A stretch of 60,167 nucleotides of DNA from Patescibacteria group bacterium UBA6532 (GCA_002434805.1 DJKW01000001.1:87985-148151); one strand, 5' to 3'. Positions 25,277 through 35,666 are shown, numbered from the stretch's first letter. Numbers and translations: made by a program. Notes: generated by a model not told the origin, from the letters alone.

Positions 25277-27247
25277 ATGAATTTATCAAGAAAATCCATT
25301 AACAAGGTGTTAATTGTCAGCATTACCCCCTATTTTCTAGAAAAGGGGAATATTTGGTTTGAGAAAAATTTAAGAAGAATTTTAAAAGCAAAAAGAACCC
25401 AAACTTTCTTTGAAGACAATACTATATATTTAGAAAAAAAAGAAGACCTTCATTTTTCTAAATTTTTGAGAAAGTTAGATGAAATGGGTTATGAAAAAGT
25501 CCAAACGACAACAGAACCTGGCGAATTTTCTAAAAGAGGGGGAATAATTGAGATTTTCCCGATAAACTTAAATTATGCCGTTCAAATTGAATTTTACGGC
25601 AACCTTATTGAAAACATTGAAAAACTGCCGATTGAACTGAAAAATGAGAAGGAAGCAAAAGAAAAATTAACGAGAAAGCTTAAGCGCCAGAAGATCTTTT
25701 CTCAATTGGGCAGTTTAAAATCAGGGGACTATCTTGTCCATTTAGACCATGGAATCGGAATCTATGACAAGAAAATAAAAATTGCCAAGAAAGACTATTA
25801 TCTTTTAAACTACGCTGCCGGCGACAAACTCTATGTTCCTTTGGGCTTAGAAAGAAAATTAACCAGGTATTTTGGGCTTTTAGATCCGAAGGTTTCCAGG
25901 CTGGGAAGCCATATTTGGGAAAAAACTAAAAAGAAAATCAAGGAAGAGGTTGAAAAAATGGCAAAAGAACTCCTGGAACTCTATGCCAAAAGAGAAGTAG
26001 CCACCCGCCCTCCTTATCTTGTCTCAGACGAAATACAGAAAAACTTTGATAGCGATTTCTTGTTTGAAGAAACTCCGGACCAAATTGAAGCCATTGAAGA
26101 TATTTACCGGGACCTGGAGAAAAAACGACCCATGGACAGAATCGTTTGCGGGGACGTGGGATTCGGGAAAACCGAGGTAGCCTTAAGAGCAGCTTTTAAA
26201 GTAATACGGTCTGGAAAACAAGTGGCTATAATCTGCCCTACTACTATTCTCGCTAACCAGCATTTCCAAAACTTTAAAGCAAGATTAAAGAAATTCCCCG
26301 TGAATTTAGCTTTACTTTCCAGGCTCCAATCTAAAAAAGAGCAGGAAAAAACAATTAATAACTTAAAGGAGGGCAAAATTGACCTGCTCGTGGGAACCCA
26401 CAGGGTCTTCTCAAAAGACGTTGAATTTAAAGAGCTTGGTCTTTTGATTATTGATGACGAGCAAAAATTCGGAGTCCGCCAAAAAGAAAAATTAAAGAAA
26501 GCCAGAGCGTCTTTAGACGTCTTAAGCTTATCAGCCACGCCAATACCGAGAACTTTATATATGGCCCTCTCGTCTTTAAAAGGCATAAGCTTGATTCAGA
26601 CTCCCCCGCTCCAGCGTTTGCCGATTAAAACCTTTATCCTTCCCTGGTCAGAAAAAAGCATTAAAAAAGCAATTAAAAAAGAAACTTCTCGGAAAGGCCA
26701 GGTCTATTATCTTCACAACAGAGTGGAAAATATTGAAGCCATTAAAAGATTTTTGGAAAGCTTAGTGCCTAAAGCCAAAATTGGCATTGCTCACGGAAGA
26801 TTAAAAGAAAAAAAACTAGTAGAGGTAATGGAAGATTTTCAGAATAAAGATATTGACGTCCTTTTAGCAACCACTATTATTGAAAGCGGACTTGATCTGC
26901 CCAATGTCAACACTCTTATTGTGGCTGATGCCTCAAAGCTCGGCCTCTCCCAGGCCTATCAGATCCGGGGACGCATCGGCAGATCCAATATTCAGGCTTT
27001 TGCTTATTTCTTTTCGAGCAAGAATCTGCCGGAAAAAGCAAAATTGAGAATGAAAGCCTTAAAAGAATCTGAAGCCCTGGGATCTGGATATAGAATCGCC
27101 CTAAAGGATTTGGAAATTAGAGGAACCGGAAACATTTTAGGAAAAGAGCAGTCAGGGAATATAAATCAGGTTGGTTTGAACCTTTACTGCCAAATACTCT
27201 CTGAAGCTATTGAGAAATTAAACAAAGATGCTAAAGTTAAGCAATGA
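25277..27247 (+). CDS. mfd: Transcription-repair coupling factor, compact form
   Basis: CarD/RNAP-interaction motif GDYLVHLDHGIGIY. SF2 helicase motifs GDVGFGKTEVA, DDEQKFG, SATPIPRT, QIRGRIGR. TRG-like IRGTGNILGKEQSG. Only 656 aa. Confidence 0.88.
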   Translation: MNLSRKSINKVLIVSITPYFLEKGNIWFEKNLRRILKAKRTQTFFEDNTIYLEKKEDLHFSKFLRKLDEMGYEKVQTTTEPGEFSKRGGIIEIFPINLNYAVQIEFYGNLIENIEKLPIELKNEKEAKEKLTRKLKRQKIFSQLGSLKSGDYLVHLDHGIGIYDKKIKIAKKDYYLLNYAAGDKLYVPLGLERKLTRYFGLLDPKVSRLGSHIWEKTKKKIKEEVEKMAKELLELYAKREVATRPPYLVSDEIQKNFDSDFLFEETPDQIEAIEDIYRDLEKKRPMDRIVCGDVGFGKTEVALRAAFKVIRSGKQVAIICPTTILANQHFQNFKARLKKFPVNLALLSRLQSKKEQEKTINNLKEGKIDLLVGTHRVFSKDVEFKELGLLIIDDEQKFGVRQKEKLKKARASLDVLSLSATPIPRTLYMALSSLKGISLIQTPPLQRLPIKTFILPWSEKSIKKAIKKETSRKGQVYYLHNRVENIEAIKRFLESLVPKAKIGIAHGRLKEKKLVEVMEDFQNKDIDVLLATTIIESGLDLPNVNTLIVADASKLGLSQAYQIRGRIGRSNIQAFAYFFSSKNLPEKAKLRMKALKESEALGSGYRIALKDLEIRGTGNILGKEQSGNINQVGLNLYCQILSEAIEKLNKDAKVKQ

Positions 27248-29268
27248 ATTTAGTTATTGTTGAAAGTCCAACTAAATCAAGAACCATTGGAAAATTCTTA
27301 GGACCTGATTTCAAAGTCTTATCTTCTTATGGCCATGTTCGCGATCTTCCCAAAGATGAATTGGGCGTGGATGTGGAGAAAGACTTTAAGCCAAAATATA
27401 TTATTATCTCCAAAGCCAAGAAAACAATTCAATCGTTAAAGAAAGAGGTTAAAGAAGCCAAGACAGTAATTTTAGCGACAGATGAGGACCGGGAAGGAGA
27501 AGCAATAGCTTTTCATCTTACCAAGGCTTTAGAATTAAAAAAACCTCAAAGAATCGTTTTTCATGAAATTACCAAATCAGCCATTGCTAAAGCTCTGGAA
27601 AACCCGAGAGAAATTAATATAAATTTGGTTGATGCCCAGCAAACAAGAAGAATCTTAGACAGAATTGTCGGCTACAAGCTTTCTCCTTTTTTATGGAAGA
27701 AAGTAGCTCGGAGGCTGTCTGCCGGCCGAGTCCAATCGGTAGCCGTCCGTCTGGTTGCAGAACGTGAGAAAGAAATCAAAGATTTTGTGCCAAAAGAATA
27801 CTGGAGCATTACAGCTTTCCTCCGCCAAGAAAAAGGAGGAGAATTTGAAGCAAGATTAACAAAAGAAAATGGGAAGGTTATTCTTAAATTAGGAATTAAT
27901 AATCAAAAAGAGGCAGACAAAATCATCAAAAACCTTGAAAAGGCAGAATATAAGATTGTAAACGTTGAAAAGAAAGAAATAAAGAGAAATCCTCTGCCTC
28001 CTTTTATGACCAGCACCTTGCAACAGGAAGCCTGGAAAAAATTACGATTTCCAGCAAGGTTTACAATGAGCGTAGCTCAAAACCTCTACGAAAGAGGACT
28101 TATTACCTATCATCGAACGGATTCTTTAAACATTGCCAACCAGGCTCTTTTAGATGCCAAGAAATTTATCAGCGATAATTACGGAGCAAAGCACTGGGCA
28201 GGATTTTTAAGAAAGTACAAAGCCAAAGGCAGGGCCCAGGAAGCTCACGAAGCTATTAGGCCCGCTTATTCTGAAAGCGCTCCAGATACGTTAAAATCCA
28301 AAGTTAAGCTCGATGACAACCAATACCGCCTCTATGACCTCATCTGGAGGAGATTTATTGCCTCTCAAATGGCTCAAGCCGTTTTTGATTCAACAATAAT
28401 TGATATTGAAGCTAAACAATATACTTTTAGAGCAAACGGGCAAATTATGAAATTTGACGGTTTTTTAAAAATCTATCCTTTAAAATATGAAGAAACCCAA
28501 TTGCCAAATCTTAAAACAGATGAGATTCTAAAACTTCAAAAATTAACTCCCCTTCAGCACTTTACCCAGCCCTCGCCCAGATTCACCGAAGCAACGCTGA
28601 TTAAGGCCTTGGAAGAAAATGGAATTGGCCGACCCTCTACTTATGCCACAATAATCTCTACTATCCAGCTCAGAAACTATATTGAAAAAAACGAAGAAAA
28701 GCGTTTTAAGCCGACCGAAATCGGCCAAGTGGTCAACGATCTTTTGGTTAAGCACTTTCCGAAGATTGTCGATATTAAGTTCACAGCTGAAATGGAGGAA
28801 GACTTGGATAAGATTGCCGAAGGACAAAAGAAATGGATTCCGATTATCAGAGAATTCTACGATCCCTTTGCTAAAAACCTGGAAAGAAAATACGAAGAAG
28901 TCTCCAAAAAAGATATAACGGAAAAGGAAACCAAAAAAACCTGTCCCAAATGCAAGGCTCCGCTTTTAATGAGGTTGGGAAAATTCGGCAGATTCTATGC
29001 ATGTTCTAAATTCCCAAAATGCAAATACACCGAATCGCTTCCAGAAAATATTTTAGGGATCAAATGCCCAAAATGCAAAAAAGGGCAAATCGTAGAAAAA
29101 AGAACCAGAAAGAATAAGCTGTTTTACGGCTGCAACCAGTATCCTGACTGCGACCGGGCTCTATGGGACAAGCCAACCGGAAAAACCTGTCCTAAATGCA
29201 AAGCTTTATTGGTAGAAAAGAGAAAAGGATTGCAATGCTCAAATAAAGAATGCGACTATAAAGAATAA
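27244..29268 (+). CDS. topA: DNA topoisomerase I
   Basis: TOPRIM N-terminus LVIVESPTKSRTIGKFLG, DEDREGE, active-site Tyr region ITYHRTDS, and three C-terminal CxxC...CxxC zinc ribbons. Confidence 0.95.
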   Translation: MNLVIVESPTKSRTIGKFLGPDFKVLSSYGHVRDLPKDELGVDVEKDFKPKYIIISKAKKTIQSLKKEVKEAKTVILATDEDREGEAIAFHLTKALELKKPQRIVFHEITKSAIAKALENPREININLVDAQQTRRILDRIVGYKLSPFLWKKVARRLSAGRVQSVAVRLVAEREKEIKDFVPKEYWSITAFLRQEKGGEFEARLTKENGKVILKLGINNQKEADKIIKNLEKAEYKIVNVEKKEIKRNPLPPFMTSTLQQEAWKKLRFPARFTMSVAQNLYERGLITYHRTDSLNIANQALLDAKKFISDNYGAKHWAGFLRKYKAKGRAQEAHEAIRPAYSESAPDTLKSKVKLDDNQYRLYDLIWRRFIASQMAQAVFDSTIIDIEAKQYTFRANGQIMKFDGFLKIYPLKYEETQLPNLKTDEILKLQKLTPLQHFTQPSPRFTEATLIKALEENGIGRPSTYATIISTIQLRNYIEKNEEKRFKPTEIGQVVNDLLVKHFPKIVDIKFTAEMEEDLDKIAEGQKKWIPIIREFYDPFAKNLERKYEEVSKKDITEKETKKTCPKCKAPLLMRLGKFGRFYACSKFPKCKYTESLPENILGIKCPKCKKGQIVEKRTRKNKLFYGCNQYPDCDRALWDKPTGKTCPKCKALLVEKRKGLQCSNKECDYKE

Positions 29269-29271
29269 AAG

Positions 29272-29301
29272 AAAGCACTAGCATAAAAGCGGGTGCTTTT
29301 T
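29272..29301 (+). terminator. Candidate intrinsic terminator after topA
   Basis: AAAGCAC...GTGCTTT stem followed by TTATGATCTTTT. The loop is long (about 12-14 nt). Confidence 0.4.
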
Positions 29302-29368
29302 ATGATCTTTTCGTATTTTCAAAGCTATACCTCTTTACTTTTAGTAAAAAATATTATATTGTATTACT

Positions 29369-31555
29369 ATGTTTATGTCAAGAACAAACACCTTAAGCCA
29401 GCAGATCATAAAAAACAGTTCAGACCCCGACTTAATTAAAAGGGTTTTTGAATTTGCCAATAAAGGACATAAAGGCCAAAAGAGAATTTCTGGCGAATGC
29501 TACATCCTCCATCCTCTAAGAGTAGCTTTAACTCTAGAGGAAATGAAGCTGGATCCAAAGACAGTCTCGGCCGCCCTTCTCCACGATATTGTAGATGATA
29601 CTGATTTTTCCCTGGAAGATGTTGAAAAAGAATTCGGAAAAGAGATTACTTTTTTAGTTAATGGGGTGAGTAAGTTAGGAAAACTTCGCTATCCAAAAAC
29701 TGAGCTCGAAATTCCTTCAATTAAAGAAAGGGCTAAATGGCCCGTTGATTTGAGAGCGGAAAACCTGAGAAAAATGTTTTTTGCTATGGCCGAAGATATA
29801 AGAGTGGTATTGATAAAATTGGCTGACAGATTAGACAATATGAGAACTCTTAACTATCTTCCAAAACCCAAACAACAAAGGATTGCCTTGGAAACCTTGG
29901 AAATATTCGCTCCATTAGCCAATAGATTGGGTATGGCGGAAATTAAAGGAAAGTTAGAAGATTTAGCTTTTCCTTATCTTTACCCAAAAGAATACAAATG
30001 GCTTCAAGAACAAGTTAAAGAAAAATACGAAGAAAGAAAAAAATATCTAAATAAAGTAAAGCCTGTTTTGATTAAAATTTTAGCTAAAGAAGGAATAAAA
30101 CCCATTACAATTGACTTTAGGGCTAAGTACCAATGGAGCTTATATCAAAAGCTTTTGCGCCATGACATGGATTTGGAAAAAATCTATGACTTGGTTGCTT
30201 TAAGGGTAATCTTTAAGGATATTGAAACCTGTTATCGGGCCTTGGGAATAATGCATAAATCTTGGAAGCCTCTTCATGGCAGAATAAAAGATTATATCTC
30301 TTTGCCAAAGCCTACAGGCTATCAGAGCCTTCATACAACCTGCTTTTGCCTTGAAGGAAAAATAACCGAGATTCAGATAAGGACACCGGAGATGCACGAA
30401 GAGGCAGAACACGGAATTGCAAGCCATTGGGCAAAAAAAGAAGGTCTCGACTTTAAGACCCAAAGAAGGAAATTCGCCTGGGTAAGCCAGTTAAGAGATT
30501 GGCAAAAAGGAATTTCCAATTCAAAAGAATTCTTAGAAGGGCTGAAAATTGATTTTTTTAAAGATCGGATTTTCGTTTTTACGCCAAAAGGAGACGTTAT
30601 TGACCTTCCTGATGGAGCCACTCCCGTAGACTTTGCTTATGCTGTTCATACTGATATTGGCAACAGGTGTGCGGGAGCTAAGATTAATGGAAAAATGACC
30701 TCTCTTTCCCAATCCCTAAAGAATGGAGACTTGGTTGAAATTATCACAGCCAAGAACAAAATGCCATCCCGAGACTGGCTGGAGTTTGTAAAAACAAGTA
30801 TGGCACGTTCTCGAGTTAGAGAGTGGCTCAAAAAAGAGTCTCGACCGGCAAACTTCAGTCGAGGAATGGAATTATTGAATCGAGAACTCCAACAAATTCA
30901 AGGCACTTCCCTTGATAATGTCTCCAAATCAAAAAAAGAGAAACTTCTAAAAGTCTTTCCTTATAAAGATATAAGAAGTTTGGTAATAGCAGTGGGAGAA
31001 GGTGAAATTAGGCCCAGAGAAATCCTCAAGATTTTACTTAAAGAAGAAGAAATTCTTTTCTCTAGAACTAAAAAGCCTAAAGCCCAAGTTAAGTTAGACA
31101 AAAAGCTGGCAGGAGTTGCTTTGGCTGGAAAAACTGGAATTTTAATAAATTTAGGTAAATGCTGTCTTCCCAAAATCAATGATAAAATCCAAGCTTATAT
31201 TACCCTAAATCAAGGGGCTACCGTCCATCGAAGCGATTGTGATAACTTAAAAAGAGCTAAGAAAAAGTGGCCGAGAAAAGTCATTGAAGCCTCTTGGTTG
31301 AAAGAAAAAGAAGCACCTTACCAGATAAATCTTGAAATAACAGCTAAAGACCGGGTTGGCCTCTTAAAAGATGTTTCTTTTACTATCAGTACAATGAAGG
31401 TTAATATTCTTGAGTTCCATGCTGAATTCCTGCCATCGGGAAAATCCGTACTCATTGCAATAGAGGTTGAGATTTCCGGTTTAGAGGAATTGAAAAAACT
31501 CTTCAGCCAAATAAAAGAAATCAAAGGGGTATTGGAAGTTAAGAAAATTTCTTAA
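29369..31555 (+). CDS. rel: Bifunctional (p)ppGpp synthetase/hydrolase (Rel/SpoT)
   Basis: HD hydrolase motifs (HPLRVA, LLHDIVDDT), synthetase domain (YQSLHTT, EIQIRT), TGS and ACT-like C-terminal regions. 728 aa. Confidence 0.93.
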   Translation: MFMSRTNTLSQQIIKNSSDPDLIKRVFEFANKGHKGQKRISGECYILHPLRVALTLEEMKLDPKTVSAALLHDIVDDTDFSLEDVEKEFGKEITFLVNGVSKLGKLRYPKTELEIPSIKERAKWPVDLRAENLRKMFFAMAEDIRVVLIKLADRLDNMRTLNYLPKPKQQRIALETLEIFAPLANRLGMAEIKGKLEDLAFPYLYPKEYKWLQEQVKEKYEERKKYLNKVKPVLIKILAKEGIKPITIDFRAKYQWSLYQKLLRHDMDLEKIYDLVALRVIFKDIETCYRALGIMHKSWKPLHGRIKDYISLPKPTGYQSLHTTCFCLEGKITEIQIRTPEMHEEAEHGIASHWAKKEGLDFKTQRRKFAWVSQLRDWQKGISNSKEFLEGLKIDFFKDRIFVFTPKGDVIDLPDGATPVDFAYAVHTDIGNRCAGAKINGKMTSLSQSLKNGDLVEIITAKNKMPSRDWLEFVKTSMARSRVREWLKKESRPANFSRGMELLNRELQQIQGTSLDNVSKSKKEKLLKVFPYKDIRSLVIAVGEGEIRPREILKILLKEEEILFSRTKKPKAQVKLDKKLAGVALAGKTGILINLGKCCLPKINDKIQAYITLNQGATVHRSDCDNLKRAKKKWPRKVIEASWLKEKEAPYQINLEITAKDRVGLLKDVSFTISTMKVNILEFHAEFLPSGKSVLIAIEVEISGLEELKKLFSQIKEIKGVLEVKKIS

Positions 31556-31570
31556 CCTAGTTTTATATTT

Positions 31571-31599
31571 TTGACCATTAAGTAAAAAATTGATAAAAT
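31571..31599 (+). promoter_or_regulatory. Sigma-70-type promoter for tRNA-Leu
   Basis: TTGACC, a 17-nt spacer, then TAAAAT preceded by TGA (extended -10). The hexamer ends 9 nt before the mature tRNA 5' end. Confidence 0.6.
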
Positions 31600-31608
31600 T
31601 GAAATCGA

Positions 31609-31692
31609 GCCGCGGTGGTGGAACTGGTATACACGTGGGTCTCAAAAACCCATGGACTTTGGTCCTTGAGGGTTCGACTCCCTCCCGCGGCA
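31609..31692 (+). tRNA. tRNA-Leu (anticodon CAA), class II
   Basis: Acceptor GCCGCGG/CCGCGGC, anticodon stem TGGGT/ACCCA with loop CTCAAAA, long variable arm GGAC-TTTG-GTCC, T-arm GAGGG-TTCGACT-CCCTC. No encoded CCA. Confidence 0.92.
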
Positions 31693-31739
31693 CAAAAAAA
31701 GCGGCTGGGTGGACGTTTTTGTTTAGAACTAAACTTAGT

Positions 31740-32288
31740 TTAGTTTTGCTTGGTCTGTTTCTCTTCCTTTCTGATAAAAGCTCTGCCTCCCTGCCACTGG
31801 CCTTTGTAAAGATTGGTTTTTCCATCAACTCGAAAAAAAATCATATTAGCAATTCTCGCTCCCATTTCTATCTCAAAATTATTGCCAGCCAGATTAATTA
31901 AGTGAAATCTAAAGCTTCCTTTGTATCCCGGATCAACCCGAAAGCCAAGAACTAAAATTCCGTTAGCAAAAAATGTGCCGCGGGGTATAAAAACTCCAAA
32001 GAGGTTCTTTGGGGTATTTATTTTTTCTATTGTCTTTGCAATATAGAATTTTCCCGGATTTAATTTTATCTTCTTGCTTTTCCCTTTTCTGAATTTAGCA
32101 ACGAGCTTGTACTCTGGAGTTTTTCTGGTATTTTTATAAATAAAACCTTTTCCCTTTTTTATTTCGTAAATCTCACCTATTCTCAAATCTATGCCGCATC
32201 CTTCTATATTAATTTCTTTATCATCTAAACCCTCTATGAGGTTTTGTCTTTTTATTAACTCTAATAACTTATCTGTGCCCAAAATCAT
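31740..32288 (-). CDS. dcd: dCTP deaminase / dUTPase-superfamily protein
   Basis: 182 aa. N-terminus MILGTDKLLELIK..., GIDLRIGEIY and VDPGYKG motifs typical of Dcd. Confidence 0.8.
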   Translation of the reverse strand: MILGTDKLLELIKRQNLIEGLDDKEINIEGCGIDLRIGEIYEIKKGKGFIYKNTRKTPEYKLVAKFRKGKSKKIKLNPGKFYIAKTIEKINTPKNLFGVFIPRGTFFANGILVLGFRVDPGYKGSFRFHLINLAGNNFEIEMGARIANMIFFRVDGKTNLYKGQWQGGRAFIRKEEKQTKQN

Positions 32289-32293
32289 AATCC

Positions 32294-32788
32294 TTACTCT
32301 AAAAACTGATATTTATTGACTAATTTTGTCTTAGACCACCATTCTCCAAGACCAAGAAAAGAACCGGGTTTTACCACTATGAAACCTATTATGATGATGG
32401 CGTAAATTACATGCTCATCCAAGAAAGGGTTGTGCTCTGGAGGTAAAAAGCCAGCCGTGTATATAAAAAACATTAACAATAGGCCTAAATACCCTCCCAG
32501 CCTTACTAAAATGCCCAAAGTGAGAGTAACTCCGACAAACAAAAGCCCCAGCATAAACAGCCAATCAACTAAAACATTGCCAGCAAGGCTTTGATATAAA
32601 AAAGCAAAAGGTCCCTGGGTAGCAAACTTTAAAAAGCCAAAGGTTGGAGAAGCTCCCGCCAACCAGGCATTATCGGGAGATGTAGCAAAACCTAACCCAA
32701 ATAATTTATCAAAAAAAGCCCATAAAAAAAGCCAGCCCATTGCCAGCCTTAATAAACCCCAGATATATTGTTCTTTATTGTATTTCAT
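32294..32788 (-). CDS. DoxX-family membrane protein
   Basis: Four TM helices. N-terminal LLRLAMGWLFLWAFFDKLFGLGF pattern typical of DoxX. Confidence 0.7.
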   Translation of the reverse strand: MKYNKEQYIWGLLRLAMGWLFLWAFFDKLFGLGFATSPDNAWLAGASPTFGFLKFATQGPFAFLYQSLAGNVLVDWLFMLGLLFVGVTLTLGILVRLGGYLGLLLMFFIYTAGFLPPEHNPFLDEHVIYAIIIIGFIVVKPGSFLGLGEWWSKTKLVNKYQFLE

Positions 32789-32795
32789 AATATTT

Positions 32796-33389
32796 TTAAT
32801 ATTCGCGTTTAATTTTTATGCCGTTCTTTTCTTCAGCTAATTGATAAACCCATTCTAAAGGATTTGACTTCATTATTTTCTCGGCTAATTTCTTGGCAGA
32901 TTTGGTCTTTGGGACATATACTTTATGATTCTGCCATATTTTTCTATTTTTCTTATCTTTATAAAAATACTCTTGCTCAAGAATCATCTGATCTAAAACG
33001 TCAGCATCTTTAGCAATAATGGCTTCCTTACTTTTACGTTCTTCGTATTCTTCAAGGATTTTTAACATCTCTCTGGCAATAGGCAGTCCAACCATCTGAT
33101 CTTCTCTTGCTTCTTTTTCATGTAAATCAACATATATCTTGTTAATATAATTTGCGTCACCAGTCCTGGCTTCAACAATATCGTGGAATAAGCACATTTT
33201 TAAAACTTTATTTATATCGCACTTTTCGCTTTCAGCTAAAATCATACCAATAACGGCAACCCGAAAACTATGGTCAGAAATATTATCGCTGACTTCTTGA
33301 ATTACCTGACGATGAGACCTTGTTAGCCGTCTTAAGCTGGCAATCTCAAATAGAAAATTAACGATTTTATCTGTATTTATATTAGCCAT
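32796..33389 (-). CDS. HD-domain phosphohydrolase (YfbR-like 5'-nucleotidase)
   Basis: H...HD...D metal motif: SDHSFRVAVIG, LFHDIVEARTGD, DADVLD. Confidence 0.75.
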   Translation of the reverse strand: MANINTDKIVNFLFEIASLRRLTRSHRQVIQEVSDNISDHSFRVAVIGMILAESEKCDINKVLKMCLFHDIVEARTGDANYINKIYVDLHEKEAREDQMVGLPIAREMLKILEEYEERKSKEAIIAKDADVLDQMILEQEYFYKDKKNRKIWQNHKVYVPKTKSAKKLAEKIMKSNPLEWVYQLAEEKNGIKIKREY

Positions 33390-33394
33390 AAAAA

Positions 33395-33808
33395 CTATAA
33401 CTCCTCTTCGGAAATAACCTTAATTCCGTTTCTTTTTAATAGGGCGGTTGTAATACCGTCTCCCTTGATTATTTTACCAGAAAAACTTCCGTCATAAATT
33501 TTTTCACATCCGCAAGAAGGACTCTTTTGTTTAAAAATTGCCTCTTTAATGCCAAACAATTTTGCTAACTTTAACACCTCTTTTGCCCCTTTTATAAAAT
33601 TTTCAGTAACATCATTTCCTGATTTTGTAAAAACCTTTGTTCCCTTACATTCTGCGGGTTCTCGAGGTATCGGTAAACCACCTAATTGCTCCGGGCAAAT
33701 CGGAATTAGAGTTTCCTTTTTGGATAAAGCGATAACCTTCCTATCTAGCTTGTCTTTGCCGTCATATCGAGATTTTATTCCCAATAGACAAGCGCTACAA
33801 AGCTTCAT
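33395..33808 (-). CDS. DUF523 protein (TudS-like thiouracil desulfidase family)
   Basis: Conserved Cys pattern CSACLLG...CPEQLGGL...SPSCG. 137 aa. Confidence 0.75.
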   Translation of the reverse strand: MKLCSACLLGIKSRYDGKDKLDRKVIALSKKETLIPICPEQLGGLPIPREPAECKGTKVFTKSGNDVTENFIKGAKEVLKLAKLFGIKEAIFKQKSPSCGCEKIYDGSFSGKIIKGDGITTALLKRNGIKVISEEEL

Positions 33809-33852
33809 AAAGGTATTATTTATATTATTATAATATAAAGACAGGGATAAAG

Positions 33853-34386
33853 CTAAAGCTTAAGCCATTTAAAATAGTCTGTCTGAAAATAAGCTTTTAA
33901 TACCAAAGTTCCAACTAAAACTCCGACAACAGCCCCGGCCACTATGTCCAAAGGCCAATGGATGCCCACAAAAACCCTGGAAATTGAGATCAAAAAACTG
34001 GCTAAAAAGAATAAAAGGCCGGCTTTTTTATTATAAAAATAAACAATGGTGCTCAAAGCAAAGAAAAAGGCAGCGTGGCCTGAAGGAAAAGACTGTTGGT
34101 CCACTTTATCTATTAATAAATTAACGTGGTTTTCAATAAATGGCCTTCCTCTGGGAAAAAAGAAGCGAATTAATTCAACCACCCCAAACCTGGCTAAAAT
34201 ACCTGAAAGCATTCCTAAAACAACCATCCTTAAATATTTTCTTTTATTGATTAATAACAATGAAAAGACGGCAGCTCCTAAGATATAGCTAAAATATTTA
34301 GCTAAAAAAATAGCAGTAGAATCCAACCAAAAATATTGTCCGGCCAGACCATTAATTTGTTGAAAAAGGTAAAAATCTAAATTCAT
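33853..34386 (-). CDS. PAP2-family phosphatase (undecaprenyl-diphosphatase-like)
   Basis: Acid phosphatase motifs PSGHAAFFFAL and SRVFVGIHWPLD. Polytopic. Confidence 0.8.
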   Translation of the reverse strand: MNLDFYLFQQINGLAGQYFWLDSTAIFLAKYFSYILGAAVFSLLLINKRKYLRMVVLGMLSGILARFGVVELIRFFFPRGRPFIENHVNLLIDKVDQQSFPSGHAAFFFALSTIVYFYNKKAGLLFFLASFLISISRVFVGIHWPLDIVAGAVVGVLVGTLVLKAYFQTDYFKWLKL

Positions 34387-34387
34387 T

Positions 34388-35578
34388 TTATTTCTTATCG
34401 GGTTTAGTTTGATCTCCTAAAAACATAAGGCCTAAAGATAATACGGCAGCAACCAAAAAGAAAGAGTTAATTTTTGGAAAAACTAAAAATACTCCGGCCA
34501 ATAAAAATAAGAAAAACATTCGGGAAATATTATGAATTATCTCTCGATAAATTATAAATTCATCTGCTTCCTCTTCTTTTGCCGCAGCAATATCATAAAA
34601 TGTAGAACTAAAGGGAATACCGGCTAAAGTCCGGGAAATCCTGTAAAGAGCATGAGTTAAAAAAGCGTCAAAAGGAGTTAAAACAAAATACTTCATTACC
34701 CAGGATATTGAAGTTAAAACAGATCCCGTCTTTAAAAGTCTCGATCGGAAAGCGCTGTCTGCAATCTTTCCGGCATAGAAAGAAAAAATTGCTGTTATCG
34801 CCAAAGAAAAAGAAATAATTCCACCAATTGTCCCGTATCCAATGGCCATGACAAACATAAACAACGGCCAAAGATAAGCATTTATTGATAACTCCAAACT
34901 ATTGGAAATCAAGGCTAAATCGTTTCTGAAGTTTATTTTTTTAAACATTCTTCCCCAGGCCTTGTGATAGGAATCTGTATAAAGTTCCTGATGGTCTTTG
35001 GAAAGAAAAAGAGGAATAGCTGATATTAAAAGGATTATTAAAACTATAGTAAACAAAACCGAATAACCAAAAACCGCTAAGACCGCACCCCCGATGATAG
35101 GGCTGAAGATGGTAGGGATTAAAACAGCAATATTTAATTTTCCAACCTGGAGACCTCGATGATCTTTCTTTGAAAAACGGGCAAAATCAATATGAAAAGC
35201 CGGCCAAAATAAAGTAAACCCAATACTTTTTAGTAAAATAGCTAAAGGAACAAAGAAAATGGAAATATTTATAAAAAACAAACTGAGATAATATCCAAAA
35301 ATGAAAAAGTTAGAAAAAAGCATGGCATGCCTTAAACCAATCTTAGATATTAATTTTCCACCAAAAACTACCAACAAGGCAAAAAGCCCGTGAATGGATC
35401 CAATAAATAAAAGGGTTAGAGGAATAGATCTTCCGAAATAAAGATAAATATAAATGGGTTCAAAAATCAAAACCATTCCCAAACCCAAGTAGCGAATAGC
35501 AATACTAGTGAAAAACTGGGTTGCTTCTCTTTTTAGGTAATAATGAATAAAGTTAATTGGTGAAAAATGAAATGGCAT
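34388..35578 (-). CDS. MFS-type transporter
   Basis: 396 aa with about 12 hydrophobic helices in two halves. No substrate can be assigned. Confidence 0.6.
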   Translation of the reverse strand: MPFHFSPINFIHYYLKREATQFFTSIAIRYLGLGMVLIFEPIYIYLYFGRSIPLTLLFIGSIHGLFALLVVFGGKLISKIGLRHAMLFSNFFIFGYYLSLFFINISIFFVPLAILLKSIGFTLFWPAFHIDFARFSKKDHRGLQVGKLNIAVLIPTIFSPIIGGAVLAVFGYSVLFTIVLIILLISAIPLFLSKDHQELYTDSYHKAWGRMFKKINFRNDLALISNSLELSINAYLWPLFMFVMAIGYGTIGGIISFSLAITAIFSFYAGKIADSAFRSRLLKTGSVLTSISWVMKYFVLTPFDAFLTHALYRISRTLAGIPFSSTFYDIAAAKEEEADEFIIYREIIHNISRMFFLFLLAGVFLVFPKINSFFLVAAVLSLGLMFLGDQTKPDKK

Positions 35579-35640
35579 ATATTATTTCATTTTATCTTAA
35601 ATTAAGAAATTTAAAAAGGGCGATTAGTTGACTCTTTATA

Positions 35641-35666
35641 ATAAAAAAGGGTCTATGAAGACCCTT
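35641..35666 (-). terminator. Intrinsic terminator after the small zinc-ribbon ORF
   Basis: Perfect 8-bp stem AAGGGTCT-TCAT-AGACCCTT on the minus strand followed by UUUUUUAUUAU. Overlaps the stop codon by 2 nt. Confidence 0.7.

Noticed and set aside
31727-31745. Hairpin AACTAAAC-TTA-GTTTAGTT as a terminator for tRNA-Leu or dcd.
   Set aside because: The stem is a perfect 8 bp but all A/T except two pairs. It overlaps the dcd stop codon and has no convincing U-tract on either strand. Such AT palindromes are expected by chance here.
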